Shown here one piece after another: positions 11,903 to 25,336 of a stretch of 64,000 bases of DNA. The DNA comes from Emiliania huxleyi CCMP1516 (taxonomy: Eukaryota): contig NW_005202428.1 of NCBI RefSeq assembly GCF_000372725.1, positions 124,001 to 188,000 of the forward strand, given 5' to 3'. Under the pieces are notes generated by a model that worked only from the letters and a program-made list of their open reading frames with translations, did not search any database and was not told the origin of the DNA. Made by a program: the position numbers and the translations under genes. Each line of letters starts with the position of its first letter. Within the stretch, counting starts at the first letter, position 1.

Positions 11903-14149
11903 GCATCCTGGCGCTGCGCGCGACCGGCCCCTCTCGGTGTGCTCTGCGGAACGGCCTCGCTCGAACGCGCGCCTGCCGGGTCGGGGCGGTCACGGGACCG
12001 GCTGAAATTGCGGCCGCAGCTGCTGGGGGGGGTGAGAATGGCCGGGCTTGAACGGCTTCTCGCGAGGTACCCGCATCCCGACGCAGCAGCGATTTGGCAT
12101 TCTATATCTTTCGCGGCCTTCGCCAAGCGCAGGCGCGGCGGAGCGAGGGCGGTAAATTTCTTTTTACGCGCCTCCGCCCGCGCCGAGCCAAAGGAGCTCC
12201 GCGGANNNNNNNNNNNNNNNNNNNNNNNNNNNNNNNNNNNNNNNNNNNNNNNNNNNNNNNNNNNNNNNNNNNNNNNNNNNNNNNNNNNNNNNNNNNNNNN
12301 NNNNNCGGCTCCGCTGCGCAAAAATCTTTATCCAGAGCGTCGTGTAGCCTCCTTGGTATAAAAAAAATCAAGGTCGGGACTCGTTGGCGGCGCTGTGCAG
12401 CTGGCTGGCCCGGATTGCGCGAGCATGGATGTCACAGGCACGCTGGCGGAGGATGCCGAGCGCAGCGGTTGCCCCCTCACCGCCGAGCACAGCGGTTGCC
12501 CCCTCACCGCCGGGGAGCCCCCCGGAGCACGCGGGAGCCTCCTCGAGGTGTGTCTCGCGCCTTGCGGGGGGGGAGCGGAAAGGAGGAACCTCTTCCCAAG
12601 AGCACCACTCTTGGAGCGCCGCCACTACCACCCAGAGCGCTGCAAGCAGCGCCGGGCAATGACGGCTTACCGCCCACCCAGCCCCCCCTCGGCACACCCC
12701 GGCAGCCAATGTGTGACGGCTCGAACCCGCTAAGCCATCCCGCAAGCGGGATAGCCCGCCACTCGAACCCGCAAGCGGGCGTACGAACCGCGAGCGGCTC
12801 GCACTCGTGGCACGCAGGCGTCCGCCAGACGGCGCCGGGGCTAGGCGACCGAAGAGGAACTACGGCAAGAACCGCACACCACCCGCTGACGAGCGCTCGC
12901 GGAACTGGTCCGCGGCGCCCGCCAGGGGCGTGCGCGAGACAGGGCTCGAAGCCCTTTTCTGTGAGCAGGGATTCCCTCCCGGCGGGGGTTGTGGCGGAGA
13001 GCCGGCATGGGAATCGCCGGCCCCCACCCAGGGGGTGCCCCTGCCAGGCGCCGCAAGCGGCGCCCGACAGGGGCGGGTGCCCCCACCCCGAGGGGTGGGG
13101 GCGGGGGCGGGGCCCAAAGTGATTCGGCCTATCGCCTCGGCAAGGTCCTCGACCGCAACGGACGGCACGATGCCGAGTCTCGTCGACGTTGTCGACGTGG
13201 AGGATGGAGACGAATGGCAAATCGTGCGAGGCTTCGCGGCGGCGCACGGCCAGCTCGGGACCCTTGACGCCCTCCTGGAGTACGCAAAGGGTGCGATGCG
13301 GTACGCCGAGGACCTACGTGGGGCCAGAGCGGCTCGAGGGGATCCCGGGAGCGTCGGGGAGGAAGCTGCTCCACTTCGAGGGACGGCCGGAACTTGCGAG
13401 ACAGGCGAGGCAGCTAGTGCAGATGGTGCTGCCGCACGTTGGCCTGGCGGACGAGCCGATCGGCGTCGCAAGGGACGACGGCAGCGTTGCGGGGGCCAGC
13501 ACTTCTCTCCTTAAAATCCCCGTGTGAACCCAACGGCAACGCGGCCAAACAAAGGATATCCACCTCGATGAGGTGCCGAGCAGTGACGACTACCACGCCC
13601 ATTTGGCGCTGCTCTTGGCCGAGGAGGTGGTGCCGAACGCGGGCGCTTTTTATATGCGCTCCATCGGCGCCGCCGACGCTGAGGAGGAGTTCGACGGCGC
13701 TTTCAGCGACTTTGATGACGACTACGACGCGGGCGGCGGCGGCGGGCTGGCGCTGCCGCAGCCAAAGCGGCGGCTCGCATCGTCCGGCCAGTCGTGAAGA
13801 GGAAGAGCTCTCTCTCTCTCCCAGTCGTGAGAGGTGGTTGGCCGAGAAAGAAGAGTGAGTGCCGGGGGCACGCTCCACGGACCACGCAGCCCCACGGATG
13901 CGTGCGCTTTGCGGGATTTTCTAGAAGTTTTAAGCTGAGTTTTTTCTGTTTGGCCTTCTTCACGCGCGCGTCGCGGGCGGCTGACCCCATCAGGCATGGG
14001 CACAACGTAGCGCGGAGGATGTACTCGAGTACGGGAGGGATGCGTCCAGTGCGACCTGATCTTTGAGGCGTCGGCCTGATCTTTGAGGCGGCCTCCTCCG
14101 TGACCAACCTCCGCGACCTTAGGTTGGTTGCTTAGGTTGGTTGGCGGCG

Positions 14150-16136
14150 ATGGAGCTGACGAGGCACGACCTTCGCGAAGCGGCCCTCATCCTGCACTAC
14201 GTGGCGCTCACTCTCTCCTCTGTTGTATCCGGGCTCAGCCTGCTCTGGGCGCTGGTCTGCATTCTCCAAGAGGTGCGGCGAAAGCACGAGAGGTCCACGA
14301 GTAAGTTCGGCCTCGAGAAGGTGCAGAGCGACGCGGGGCTTGGGCCGCATGACCAGCGGGTGCACGCCTTGCTCCTTTCTGGCGATATCCGGCTGCTCCG
14401 CTGCAGCTGGCTGCGCTCGCGCCCAACCGGCTATGTGCTGTCGCGCCGGCAGGACCTGCCATCGGAGGCGCTGCTTCCGCCTGCAGAGGCGGCCACGCTC
14501 TTTGCTCGGCAGGACCGCAGCGTCTGTGCGCTCACCTACGGCTGTGCGCGCCTAGCCCCGCCATGTGCCCCGCCCCCGCCCTGGAGCGTCTCAAACAGTG
14601 AGAGAGAACCTTCTCTCGCAAACGCACACAGGGCTCACGCCGCACCATCCCGATCCGCACGGTGAGAACTTGCAGCACGTCGTAGCCTTCCTCCACTCGC
14701 CCACGGGGCGTGGCTTCGTCGCGCTCTTCTGGGATCAAGCGAGCCTAGTCCAGGCTCGCTCTCTCCCCTCCCCTGTGCCAGCACACCCAAACGCTGAGGG
14801 CCAGCGATTTGACACGCTTGCCGCCGGCGTCCGCAGAAGAGCATCGCCGGCGTGCGCACTGACGAAGAGTCCATGGTCTTCGCAGCATCGCTCGCCGTCA
14901 TGGCGGGGCTGTACGCGAGCCCCCGTTGTGTGACGGTGCTGCGGCTGGCCAACATCCCAAAGCCGCCGGAGTGGGGAGAGCGCTCCGTCTGCCTCTTCGA
15001 CTTGAAGAACGGTGTCAACGAGCAGGCGATCCTCGCAACGCTCAGCTGCTTTGGCGAGATCGAGATGTGTGATCTGCGCAGAGCTCCAGCGATCGTTCGC
15101 TTCGCCACGCAAGATGCTGCGCTTGCGGCTGTGGCGGCGGGCTCGGAGCAGCTGTGCAAGGCCATCGGCATGCTCTACAACACCCGGCCGTATGAGCGGC
15201 GTGGCTGGTGCGTCGGCCGCGTTTGACGTCTCCTCTAGGCGGCTGTGACACTCTCACTTGTTTCGCAGGTGCCACGGCGAGAGTAATTTTGCAAAGATCA
15301 TCCTTGGCACGCACAGCGAGCTCGGGCTGGGCAGCGCGGGGCAGGCGCCAAAGATGATCGATGTGCTGGACGAGCAGCCTGTGCGCCTCACGAGCGCGCC
15401 CACGCCCGACGCGTTCAAGGCTCAGCTCGAGGAGACGGTGGAAGGGAGCGAGGAGAGAGTCATCGCCTTCACCGGCAAGGGCGACAAGGAGAAGGTGTGG
15501 CGCCGTGCGACGATGCCCCATTGAGTCCTCCTCGAGATATCCCCCTCGCCGTCGCCGCCGCCTCAGGTGACGGACATGTACGTCAGCTTGTACGCGTCGG
15601 TCGTGTTCGAGGAGCGCGCTCGGCAGCGGATGCAGGAGCAGCGCGCCGCTGCAGACATGCGCAAGCGGCGCATCCGCCTCGTCGCCTTTGGCGGCGGGCT
15701 GGTCGTCTGTGTGGCGTCATCCGCCGCCCTCGTCGTCGGAATGAGCCTAGATACTTTGGATGGTACCACCCTTGGCACACTTATGGCACCAGCTGCCCTT
15801 TGTGGCGCTTCCGCGATGCTCCTTGCTGTGCTACCCACGGACGAGGACCTTGTACGTGGGCTCTCCGTCTACCTGGTGCTGCTGCTGCTGTCTGTCGGAT
15901 GGTTCAACGGGTGGTCGGCGGGGCGGAATTTGCACCGGTCGTCGACTCCGCGACCGGCTCAACTCTGGCAATCAGCGATGACGAGCGCCACAGCTATCAG
16001 CCTCTCCCTCAACGCTGCTGGCATTCTCCCGACCTGGCGCGACGCCTACCTCGCCGGCCTCGGCCCTGGATGTGCGGTTGCCGACTGCACTCCAAGTGCT
16101 CCAAGGGGGGGTCCGAATAAGATACATCATAGATAG
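14150..16136 (+). CDS. Membrane-anchored HET-like domain protein, multi-exon; 3' end probably disrupted
   Basis: N-terminal TM helix, then RRQDLP..A, LTYG/..TPHHPDPHG, FWDQASL.Q, M.GLYAS and PYERRGWC motifs typical of algal HET-like domains, then further TM helices. Confidence 0.65.
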
Positions 16137-16323
16137 CGAGATACCGTAAATGAGAAAATGCACATGCGTTCATTCACACAAAGGCATAACCCCGGTCTGT
16201 CCACAGCAAACGAACGCCCTACTAACTATCGCAGTAGAGCCCTTTTGGGCCAAGCCCAACCCACCTACCTCCGGGAGCTCCGTCGAGTGTCAACACGCCA
16301 TGGCGCCACTCCTGAGGTGTAAC

Positions 16324-16545
16324 TCACTGCCCCGGCGCCCACGCCTCGATCTTCTTCGGCAGCAGCTGGTTGGACAGCTCCTCCCCGTGGCCTAGGCAGC
16401 CGTCGCCGCCCCTGCCCCAGGTAAAGACAGCGCCGTTGGCAATGCGAGCGATGCTGTGGAATGCTCCAGCCGACACAGCGACGACCCGCTGACCAGCGAA
16501 GGCCTCAACCTTCTTGGGTAGCAGCTGGTTCCGCTGGTCGCCGTT
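16324..16545 (-). pseudogene. C-terminal fragment of an RCC1-repeat gene (paralog of 51972-53402)
   Basis: NQLLPKKVEAFAGQRVVAVSAGAFHS...LGHGEELSNQLLPKKIEAWAPGQ* matches the end of the 51972 protein; no upstream repeats are present. Confidence 0.85.
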
Positions 16546-17717
16546 CTTCATCTCTTCGATGCTGCCCTGCGGCCAGGAGTATGAGGTTTCGAATCACCCG
16601 ACACGGAGGAACTTTGTGGACATCCTGTGTTGATCTGGTGCGCCAAGTCGGGGCGGGGCGGTGACCGGGGGGGAGGGGGCACTTACCGGTCACCACCCGT
16701 GCTGTCCCGAGAGCGGGAAGGTCGAGAAGGCGGGGACGCCGTGCGCTGAGACAAGCCTGGGCGGCGCTTTCGTGCGGGGCGGGCTCTACTTCCCGCGCGC
16801 CACATTATCTGCAGGGCTTCCGGGCTTCAGCAGCGTGTTCTGCGACGACGACGACGACGAGGTCGGCGTAGCGATTCACCCGGTCCGTGATGATGCCGCC
16901 ACGGAAGAGGGCTCTGCATCTGTGGGCATCACCCCGCGTCGGCTCTACACCCTCGTGCACCATCTTTGAGTAGAAGGGGAGAGAACAGGGTCGCAATCAT
17001 TCAGGGATTGTCTGTGAAAGGCATTTAGTTGTGCATCTCGCGTTGGTAACGCGTAAAACCGTGTAAGCGTGCCCATGCACATGCAGCTGTTCTGGGTTCT
17101 TGTAACGCAAGTTTCCGCACACACCGCTGCGCGCTGGGGTGGAGGCTAGGACTGGTGGTCAAAGAAAAATATCCGCCGGTAACGATTGGGGTGGGGGCCC
17201 CAACTCGTGGTAGGCCACTACGGCTCTAGTTTATCGTAGGGCACTCACGGAGTCGGAGATACCGCTCCGGCCTTCGCGGAGTCCCTTCCACCCCACCCCA
17301 CAGCGCGTACTAGACGTGCTCATGGAGATGTTTGGATCATGTGAAGAAGCCGAGATAAACTAGAGTAGTGCGTCAGAGGAGAGAGCCGGAGAGCTGGAGA
17401 GCTGGAGAGTTGCGGGAAAGAGCTCGAGGGGGGGGTTCGGTTCCGGTGCCGGTGCCGGTGCCGGTGGGGGCCTCCTTCGCTCTTGCAAAACTTCATACAA
17501 AAACGCGAACGCCCCTTAAACCTCTCTTGTGGCCGAATCCCAATGAACAAATCTGTGGCCGACAATCGGTATCGCCAGTTTGGGAGGCAGGGACGATTTG
17601 AAGAATATCCTTTTTTGTGGCCGATAATAGACAGACATGATCTTGTGGGACACCGCGATAATCTCCGTGCTCTGGTCCGATGCCGTCCCTCTCTCGCTCT
17701 CCCGACTCCCATCTAAG

Positions 17718-18897
17718 CTACTTGTTCGCCACGTCGTTTGCCGAGGTGATTTCAGGTGGCGGCGCAATCTTGGCGGCGGCCTCATTCCAGTTGAAGGAGA
17801 AGCCGCAGCGGCAGGTCATGTGGTCGCACCTGGTCCGGGGAGGGCGCGGCTGCCAGGTAGCAGGTTATAGCACACTAGCAGTTGACACCAGAACGGTGCC
17901 GCAGCTCTATAGTTGCAAAGGTCTAAGGTGTACCGTCTGGCTGCGAGCGTGTGTGGGGCGGTCTGCTCTCTCTGGCGAGGCACCCTGCCCAGCGCCAGAT
18001 GACGACCATGCAGGAAGGGCAGCGGCGGGCTTGGTCAGCGCAGAACAAGAGGAAGCCGCGGTCGGTCTCGTCGACCAGCCTGCGGAGGCGGGTTCGTTCG
18101 CGACGTCTCGTGGTACGTGGCGCTGGATAGTAATGTCTCGTCCCTCTAGTGGCACACCGCTGCGTGTGCATCGCGACGCGGCTTGACTCATACGCATCCC
18201 ACGCCGCGGCCGAGCCAAACTGTCGCAGCGCCGCCTTGCCGAGGAGGCGATCGCAGCCAGCCCATGGGCAGCGCACGTACGCTTTGCCTCCGAGGAGTTC
18301 GGCGTCGACAAAGGCATTGGCGCAAGGCGTGCAGACCTTGTGTCCACAGTCGGCCAGCTTTGTGAGGCTCGTGACTGGGCAGTCCTCCAGGCATACGGGG
18401 CAGAGCCTCGTTAGCTGTGCCAACAGCTCTCGCGCGCGCTTGGTAAGGACTCGGGCTGCGCGGCGCTCGGTCGATTCCTGAATGGCTTTCTGGCGCCGCA
18501 ACTTATCGTGCAGCGCCATCCGGACGGCGCGCTGCTTCGCAACAATGAATGTGAAAGCGCCGAGGCTGAGGGCGAGGTCAGAGCCATTCAGCGGCAGCGC
18601 ACGGTTGAAGTTGACAGTCAGCGGTATCACCGTTGCGCCTTCTGTGTGGCCCACTCGCTCCTCCCAAATGATGAGCGAGCTGAGAGCTGGGCATGGCGGT
18701 GCGATGGTCGCTTGCCAGAGACCGACGGCTGAGCCTGGCGCCATCTTGACGGTTGTCTTGGCGGGGACGATTGGGCTGCCGCCGCTGCGCTGCCGAACCG
18801 GGCCGGCACCGGAGACCCACAGAACCACCGGGAGGGAGGACTTGTTGGTGACCTCGACGGTCACGCCTTCGGCTTCGGTACTAAGCCAGCAACCCAT
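17718..18897 (-). CDS. RBR-type E3 ubiquitin ligase-like protein (RING1 + Rcat), with a predicted N-acylation signal
   Basis: Starts MGCWLS. RING1 CPVC...CGHKVCTPC...RCPWAGC. The spliced C-terminus reads RCPSC...WAG|CDHMTCRCGFSFNW (GT-AG intron ~17832-17983). Confidence 0.8.
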
Positions 18898-18996
18898 TTG
18901 CAGAGCGAGAACAGTTAGGTCGTACTAAGCAGGGCACGGGCTCGCTGCAGTAGTGGTTGCGCTAGAGCACGCCATCGGACGGGGACGCGTCCCAAG

Positions 18997-19490
18997 GAAT
19001 CAAAAGAATTTTACAACCAACTCGCCCACACAAAAGAATTCGGCGTCGGCGAGCAGGGGACGCGGCTCTGAGCGCCCAGCGACGCGTGCCGGATGGAGTC
19101 CGGCCGCGGGTGACTAGGGAACTTCGCTCAGGATGTGTGGCAGTCAGTTTGGCTGAGTGTCTTGTCTTGTGGTTCTGTGTGTCGCTCCTGTGTGACCGTC
19201 ATCGCCCGTCTAGCGTCCACCCATACCGCGTTGGTGTCCCAGTCGTTGGTCGGACTGTGTTTCGCCTTCCCATCAATCAATCAATCAAAGAAGGAAATCC
19301 CTCGCACGACACTGTGGGCACGGGACTGGCGCGCACTGGCACTAACACAGGTACACCACGGGAGCCGCCTAAGCGACTCCTGCGAGGATAATCAAAAGAA
19401 TTTTACAACGAACTCCCTCGCACGACACTGTGGGCACGGGACTGCGCGCACTGGCACTAACACAGGTACACCACAATCAAAAGAATTTTC
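18997..19490 (-). mobile_element. Cluster of short 3'-end copies of the CRE-type retrotransposon (18997-19050, 19290-19387, 19390-19490), plus a + strand LINE 3' end with (TCAA)n tail (19125-19288)
   Basis: The reverse complement matches 51760-51870. Segment 19125-19288 shares the GCGTCCACCCATACCGCGTTGGTGTCC motif with ~7900, ~27340 and ~32535. Confidence 0.85.
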
Positions 19491-19742
19491 GGGGGGCGTA
19501 CTGGAAATGAGAAAAAGCGGGACGGAGAATTTGTTCGTCTGCCTAAGAACTGAACAATTCGGAGTCGCAGCTCCTCACATCGCAAACCACCTCGAGTATG
19601 TTCTCTTCTCTATGTTCGTAACGATGTAAGAGCCACGTTTCGCACGTAGAGCCAGATACAACTGAGAGAGAGAGAGAAAAATCCACGATCGCGCGCACAA
19701 CGCACAACGCGCGCAGCGCTGGCCACTCTCACCGAGTCGTCC

Positions 19743-20496
19743 TTAATTCGCGCTGACGTACATGAGCGCCCCCGCCACCCCCTCGACTCCCAGGAAGAGC
19801 GCCACCTTCCACATGCACCTGAGACCAGAGATCTGGGAAAGTCAAAAGAGAGAACCAGAGAGAAGACAGGGGGATTCCGGGAGCCAACACCCATCGAGCA
19901 GGTTCTGGAGCACATCGCCACCGCACCTGAAGTCGCACAGGAGGCCACGCAGCCCAGGGTACAGTATCGAGCACGCGCGGCAGGGTCGCGGGAGTAGCGG
20001 ACGGCGCACCGAGCAAGCAAGGCGACAAGCGCCGCTTGGTAGGCCGCAACCTCGCCGGAAATTGCCGCGAAGCCAAAAACCGCACCGACGGCGAACTGCC
20101 GCGCGCCCCAGGCCCTGACATTGGGCGCCGTGCCTCGACCGTTTGCTTTTGGGCCGCGAAGGAAGGCGGCCAAGGACTCGTCCGTCAGGGGGCTGAGGGC
20201 TTTGAACTGGAGGGTGGGGAGGATTGGCGCAGGTGGGCTGCTGCTGCCACAAGCTTACTCGCTGGCAACGCAATGCGAATGCCACATCAGCGATGAGGCC
20301 GCGCTTCGTGCTGGGGTATGCATGATTGTAGAAGTCGAGGCTCGGGTGCTATGCAGCTACATGCTCGTGCCTTGGCCGTGTCGAGGAGCACTCCCTGCAG
20401 CAGGTCAACCTCGCCGAGGAGGGCGGCGAGGCCGGTGGCGGCGTGCGCTGTGGCAAAGGTATAGGTGATGATCTTTGGGAGGAGTGGGAGAGGCAT
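19743..20496 (-). CDS. Small multi-exon membrane protein (DUF4267-like appearance)
   Basis: Exons read MPLPLLPKIITYTFATAHAATGLAALL..., VRAWGARQFAVGAVFGFAA..., GDVLQNLLDG and WKVALFLGVEGVAGALMYVSAN*. Confidence 0.55.
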
Positions 20497-21112
20497 CCTG
20501 TGCGCCTGGCCGCCTCTTCGTTCGGCCGTCGGTGGGCGCGGCTCCGCTTCTTTTTTGAGCTTAGCCTTCGATGTTATGAAACAACGCAAGGCGGACATGG
20601 CATATCGCTCTCGGGCCCACAGACATCCCGCACACTCGCCGCACACCCGCCGCCCCCGCGCGCTTTTTTAGGCGCGCTGATTTCTTTTTCCGCGGGAGCC
20701 GAGAGTTCCTGCGCTCCCTAATCTAGCCCTCGAGCATGCACACGAACTGTCTCGCGTCGCGTCGGGCCGCACAGGCTCACCCGCAATGACCCCTCACTGA
20801 GCCCTAGCTAGCGCGGGTCGCAGGCGCCACATACCTCCGAGAATTCTCGCGAGGGCGCGTCCCGGGATGTCACCGCGGACAATTCGTTCGCCGTTGCGCG
20901 GCGTCGGCGATTCAAGGAGGACCACAGCTTCGCCGTTTTGACGGCGTCGGCGAGGCGGAAGACTCCATCGCCGTCATTGTCACCCCTACATGGGGGCACT
21001 TCGTCCTCGAGCGCCTCCCCTCGTGCCGCCGGGCGGATCGAGTTCATGGACCCCTCTGTCTCGAAACGCCAGTCTACACGGCGTACACAGCTACAGGGCA
21101 CGTAGTCATGTC

Positions 21113-21732
21113 GGTAGGTAGGAAGGTAGGTAGGTAGGTGTATTACCTCACACGGTCTATTGCAGAGACAAGGAGGGCCCACAGCACACACACCAAGAGT
21201 ACATGTGCTGCACTGGACATCAGAGGGCCAAGGGTTGGATCAAGCAGTGGGAAGGGTCGAGGTGACGCGCGAGCAGAGACCTACACCTCCACACGCTCCG
21301 CACCGCCGCGCCGATCTTCGCGCGGGCGGCGCGCATGCGCACCCAGGCCGCTCGCGCGCCGTCGCGCAGAGTCGCGCGTTGCTGAGGCAAGAGGCCGTGG
21401 GCGAGCTGCTCCCACTTGATCGCAAGAGCAGCCGCAGGTGCCGCAGCCTTGTACTGCCGGAAGTTCTCGAGCCGGCGCGCGCGGCTGGCCTTGCCGCCGC
21501 GCGCACGCCGCTTTGGCGCCGCGGGAGCGATCTTGTTGCTCACCGTCAGCACGCCGCACGCCTCCTCAGAGGCCTTGCCCACCTCTCCAGATGTTGCAAG
21601 CACGGGCCCAGGATCGTGCGTGGGCACGCTCGCAAGGCAGACGGTATGGCAAGGCCAGCTCCGTGGCCGTGGGCTCAGCGAAGAGTACAGCCCCAACCAA
21701 GTACCAACATGCAAAACAACGGGGGGGCCCAT
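21113..21732 (-). mobile_element. Probable retroelement 3' end with (CTAC)n tail
   Basis: (GTAG)n at 21113-21140, preceded on the minus strand by a GT-rich UTR-like stretch and a basic ORF; same layout as the other tailed elements in the window. Confidence 0.4.
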
Positions 21733-21926
21733 CTCACTTGGGTTCTTGATCTTGTTTTCGTTTTGCTAAGGGGGGGAACCCGGGCGCACGCCGAACTATC
21801 CCTCGGAGAGACCCCATTAGGCCCGTAGGAACGCCGAGTCCCCGGGGCACACTGTCTTTATATCCGACACACGAACGCGGGGGGCTTTCTGTGCTCAGCC
21901 GGTGCCGGAGCGGAGCCGGCAGCCAC

Positions 21927-24900
21927 TCACCAATCATCGTCACTCATCTCTTCGTCGTCGTCGTCGTCCGCGGACCCGCTGTCCTCCTGTGCGCCGCCTC
22001 CGCCTCCGCCGCCGCCCGCCGCATACACGCTCACGCCGTCGCCATAGTGGATGGTGACGCCAGCCCCTCCTTCGTCGAGGTCCTCGTTGAGGCAACGCAT
22101 CTCACGCCGCAGCTTCGCCCAGCCAAACTTGCGCCCGTTCTCGGAGAGGTTGAGCACGCGCAGCGAGTCCAGGCAGCACGCCATCTGCGTGAGCATCTCC
22201 TCCGCGTCGTACTCCCCCTCGACGCACGCGTAAAAGGCCTCGTGGTGACCCGAGAGGTCGATCTGCACCAGATTGCTCAAGCCGCGGGCCATCTCGACCA
22301 GCGCGTCGCAATTCTCGGTCGCCACCTGCTCACCGTGCATGTAGTAGTTGCCCAGACAGCCGGCGAGATCGAGCACGCGGAGCTGCTCGAGGCAGCCAAG
22401 CTCACCGACCAGCGAGGGCTCGACGTCCTCACCGCTGCACACGTGCAGCGCCTTGAGAGCCGGCAGCTTCGCAAGGCACTCGTGTACATCCTCCTCGCTC
22501 AGAATCGGGCAGCGCACGCGCAAGTCGGCGAGCCGCGTGCACTGCAGGAGCTGCGCGCGCGGCAGCGTCGCGCCCGTGGGCTCGCCGACGTCGAGACGGT
22601 TGGCGAGGCGGCAGGTCGCCTCGCCCGCGTGCGCGTCGAGGATGAAGCCGTGAATGTCGAGCGCGGATCCTGCTGAACAAGCTCCTCTTGTAGCCTCGAT
22701 CGGTCACTCCGCCACCACCGCCGACGTCCCCCAGTGAGACGATGGAGCGGAGGGGACGACACTGCTTCGGCAGCGTGCACCTCGATCCTGTACTGTGATT
22801 GTTATGACCCCCCCCAATGAACACACCAGTGAGGGTGGGCGAGACGATCGAGGGGTCCCGTACCACGCGGAATCGACCCTATCCAGTGCTCACAAGTGCT
22901 CAGGCGCGGCCAAAGGGCTCGAGGTGACTGAGAGGGGTCTTTGGGCCTTCGCCGTCGACGCTGAGCAGCTCGAGCTTCCCACCAGGTCGTGCGAGCGCGC
23001 CGAGGGCGTCGCGGGGCAGCTGGCTTGGCAGCAGCGCCACGCGCAGCTCCGCGCACGAGCGCAGCGGCAGCAGCCACGCGGCGTGGTCGATGGTCTCTCC
23101 GCGCGTGCGATTGCTAAAGAAGGCCTCGATGTCGAGCCACGCGAGCTTTGGCGCACTCGCCTGGAGGAGGGCCCCGAGGGCGGCGGGGCTGCAAGTGCCT
23201 TGGCACATCCACAGGCGCAGCGCGACGAGGCGCGGCGCGCACGCGCTGGCGGCGAGGCCGCGCAGGAGTGCATCGTCGACTTTGCACTCGGAGAGGGAGA
23301 GCACCTGGAGGTTGGGGCACGCCGCGACGAGGCCGAGGATGCCTGCCGGGGAGAGGGCGCTCGCGCAGTGCAGGAAGAGGGCGCGCACGTTTGGGCCGCA
23401 CGCTGGGCGCACGTCCGCCAGTCGAAGACGGTTCGCACCGTCCTGTGGCCGCTGCAGCTGGGCGTGCACCGTGTCGATGACCGCGGCGTCCGCGGCCCGG
23501 CCCGACCATTCGTGTCGCGCGAGCCACCGCAGCCGCCACCACGGCCCGCCATCGGCCGGGCTCATATGCACGTATGTCGGTCCGTCGCCATGCTCCGCCA
23601 TGCCGAGCATCGCATAGTTGCCCTCCGAGAGCCGCTGCAGCGCATACAGCCAGCGCGGAGGGTAGCCGCTCAGCGCGTCGGGCGCGCCGCGCGCGAAGCG
23701 GCACGCCGCGCCGCCGCGGTCCCAGCCGTGGCCGTCGGGCGCGACCGAGTCGAAGAGGGGCCCCACCGGCCGGCGCTGCATCGCCTCCCTCATCTCCTCG
23801 ACGCTGGCGCCCGTCGCCTGACGCAGGAGCGCCGCAATCTCCCGGTGGCGCGCCGACGACTTGGACATCGAGAGGGCGAGCATCAACGGCGTGTTGCCGT
23901 CGGACAGCTTCAGCGCCAGGTCGCACGCCTCTCCGCCGGCGAAGCGCGCGCCCGTGGTCAGGAGCCGCACGCACTCGACATGCCCCTTCTCAACCGCGAT
24001 GTGCAGAGGCGCGTATCCCTGCTTGTCCATCGCGTTGAGGTTGCAGGCGGTCTCGCCCACCAGAAAGGCGAGCGCCGCGCACGCGTCGTTCTGGCACGCC
24101 CAGTGCACCGCCGCCATGCGGTCGCCTCCCGCGGTCTCGACGTCGGCGCCGTGGCCCAGCGCCGCACGCATCTCGTCCACCTTGCCGGCCTGGGCCGCAG
24201 AGTAGAACTTCTGGCCCCACTCCGCAGTGTGCACGGCGGCGAGCAGGGCGCCGTCGGTGGCCGCGTCGGCAGCTGCCATGCGCAGGCGCGGCCCGTCGCC
24301 CGCCGCGCCAGCCGCTAGGCCGCCCCCACCACTGCGCTTGAGGGCGACGCTCAGGTGAAGCCCTTGCCACGTCAGGAGGCCCAGTCGTTTGGCCGCCGCG
24401 CCCGTCATGTAACGGGTCACCACCTCGACGCCGCCGCGCGTCGCCGTCGCCTCAGCAAAGGGCCTCGTGTACTGCGCGCACGAGCACTGGCGCGGCTTGC
24501 CAATCGGCTGGCCGTCCCGGAGCACGTGTACCCAGAAGTGGCGCATGCCGTAGTCGCCCTCCTCGCCCACGGAGAGCGCGACGCTGACCAGGGAGCCGTC
24601 GCGCAGCTTGTTGATCTCGACGTCCAGCGCGTTCCCCGGCTCCCCGCGCGTGACCCTCAGTTCGATCGCGCTCGTGCCAAACACGTGGAAGCGCACGCAG
24701 CTCTCGGCGGCGCCCTGCGTCGCGAGGAAGGTGCGCGTGGTGCGCACGCTGGCGCTGCTGCCCTTGAGGCACACCTCCGGCCCCTCTGCTTGGATCGCGG
24801 CGGCGAAGCACGGATCGACGCACGGCGCGACTCTGGCCACCTCGGCATGGAAGTACGAGTCGTCCGCCCGCCACGCGGGCTCGTCCTCGGCGGCGATGAG

Positions 24901-25242
24901 ATTCAGATTGTTGCCCTTGATCATCACGTTGCCTGCCTTGTCGCCGATGCGATCCAACACGACGGCGTACCTCGCCTTGGCCTCATCGTAATGGATGGCC
25001 GTGCCGCGCTCACCGTTGAGCTCTGGTTTGGCCTGAAGGCCCCCGAGCAGGACCCGCGTGCCGAGAAGGGATGCACCTTCACCGCCGCCGCCTCCGCCTC
25101 CACCGCCGCCGCCGCCTCCACCGCCGCCGCCTCCGGCATTAGATGCTGCCAGATCTGGTATCAAATCGTCGTACGCGTACGTCGCCACAACGGGTGCGGA
25201 CGATGACGAGGCGCCGGCATTTCGCTTCTTGTTCTTGGGCAT
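21927..25242 (-). CDS. Protein with N-terminal SH3/KOW-like domain, ankyrin repeats and RNI-like LRRs
   Basis: GTRVLLGGLQAKPELNG..G...RYAV domain; ankyrin motifs AVHWAC, PLHIAVEKGH, GNTPLMLA; LRR motifs CPNLQVLSLS, LRVLDLAGC, LRVLNLSEN; acidic tail. Confidence 0.85.
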
Positions 25243-25336
25243 GACGAGCAGGCCCAAAGATCCCCACTCAGCGCCTGGGTTCCGGCTCCTAGCCGGATAG
25301 GGGGTCTGCTGCTCGCGCCAAAACGCCCTTACGGTA

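Noticed and set aside
12306..14120. Overlapping ORFs and short tandem duplications; a motif at ~13502-13537 resembling 8012-8048
   Set aside because: No recognisable domain, and the similarity is too short to define a feature.
22795..24318. Long antisense or alternative-frame ORFs here and across other genes
   Set aside because: Expected shadow ORFs in high-GC coding DNA.
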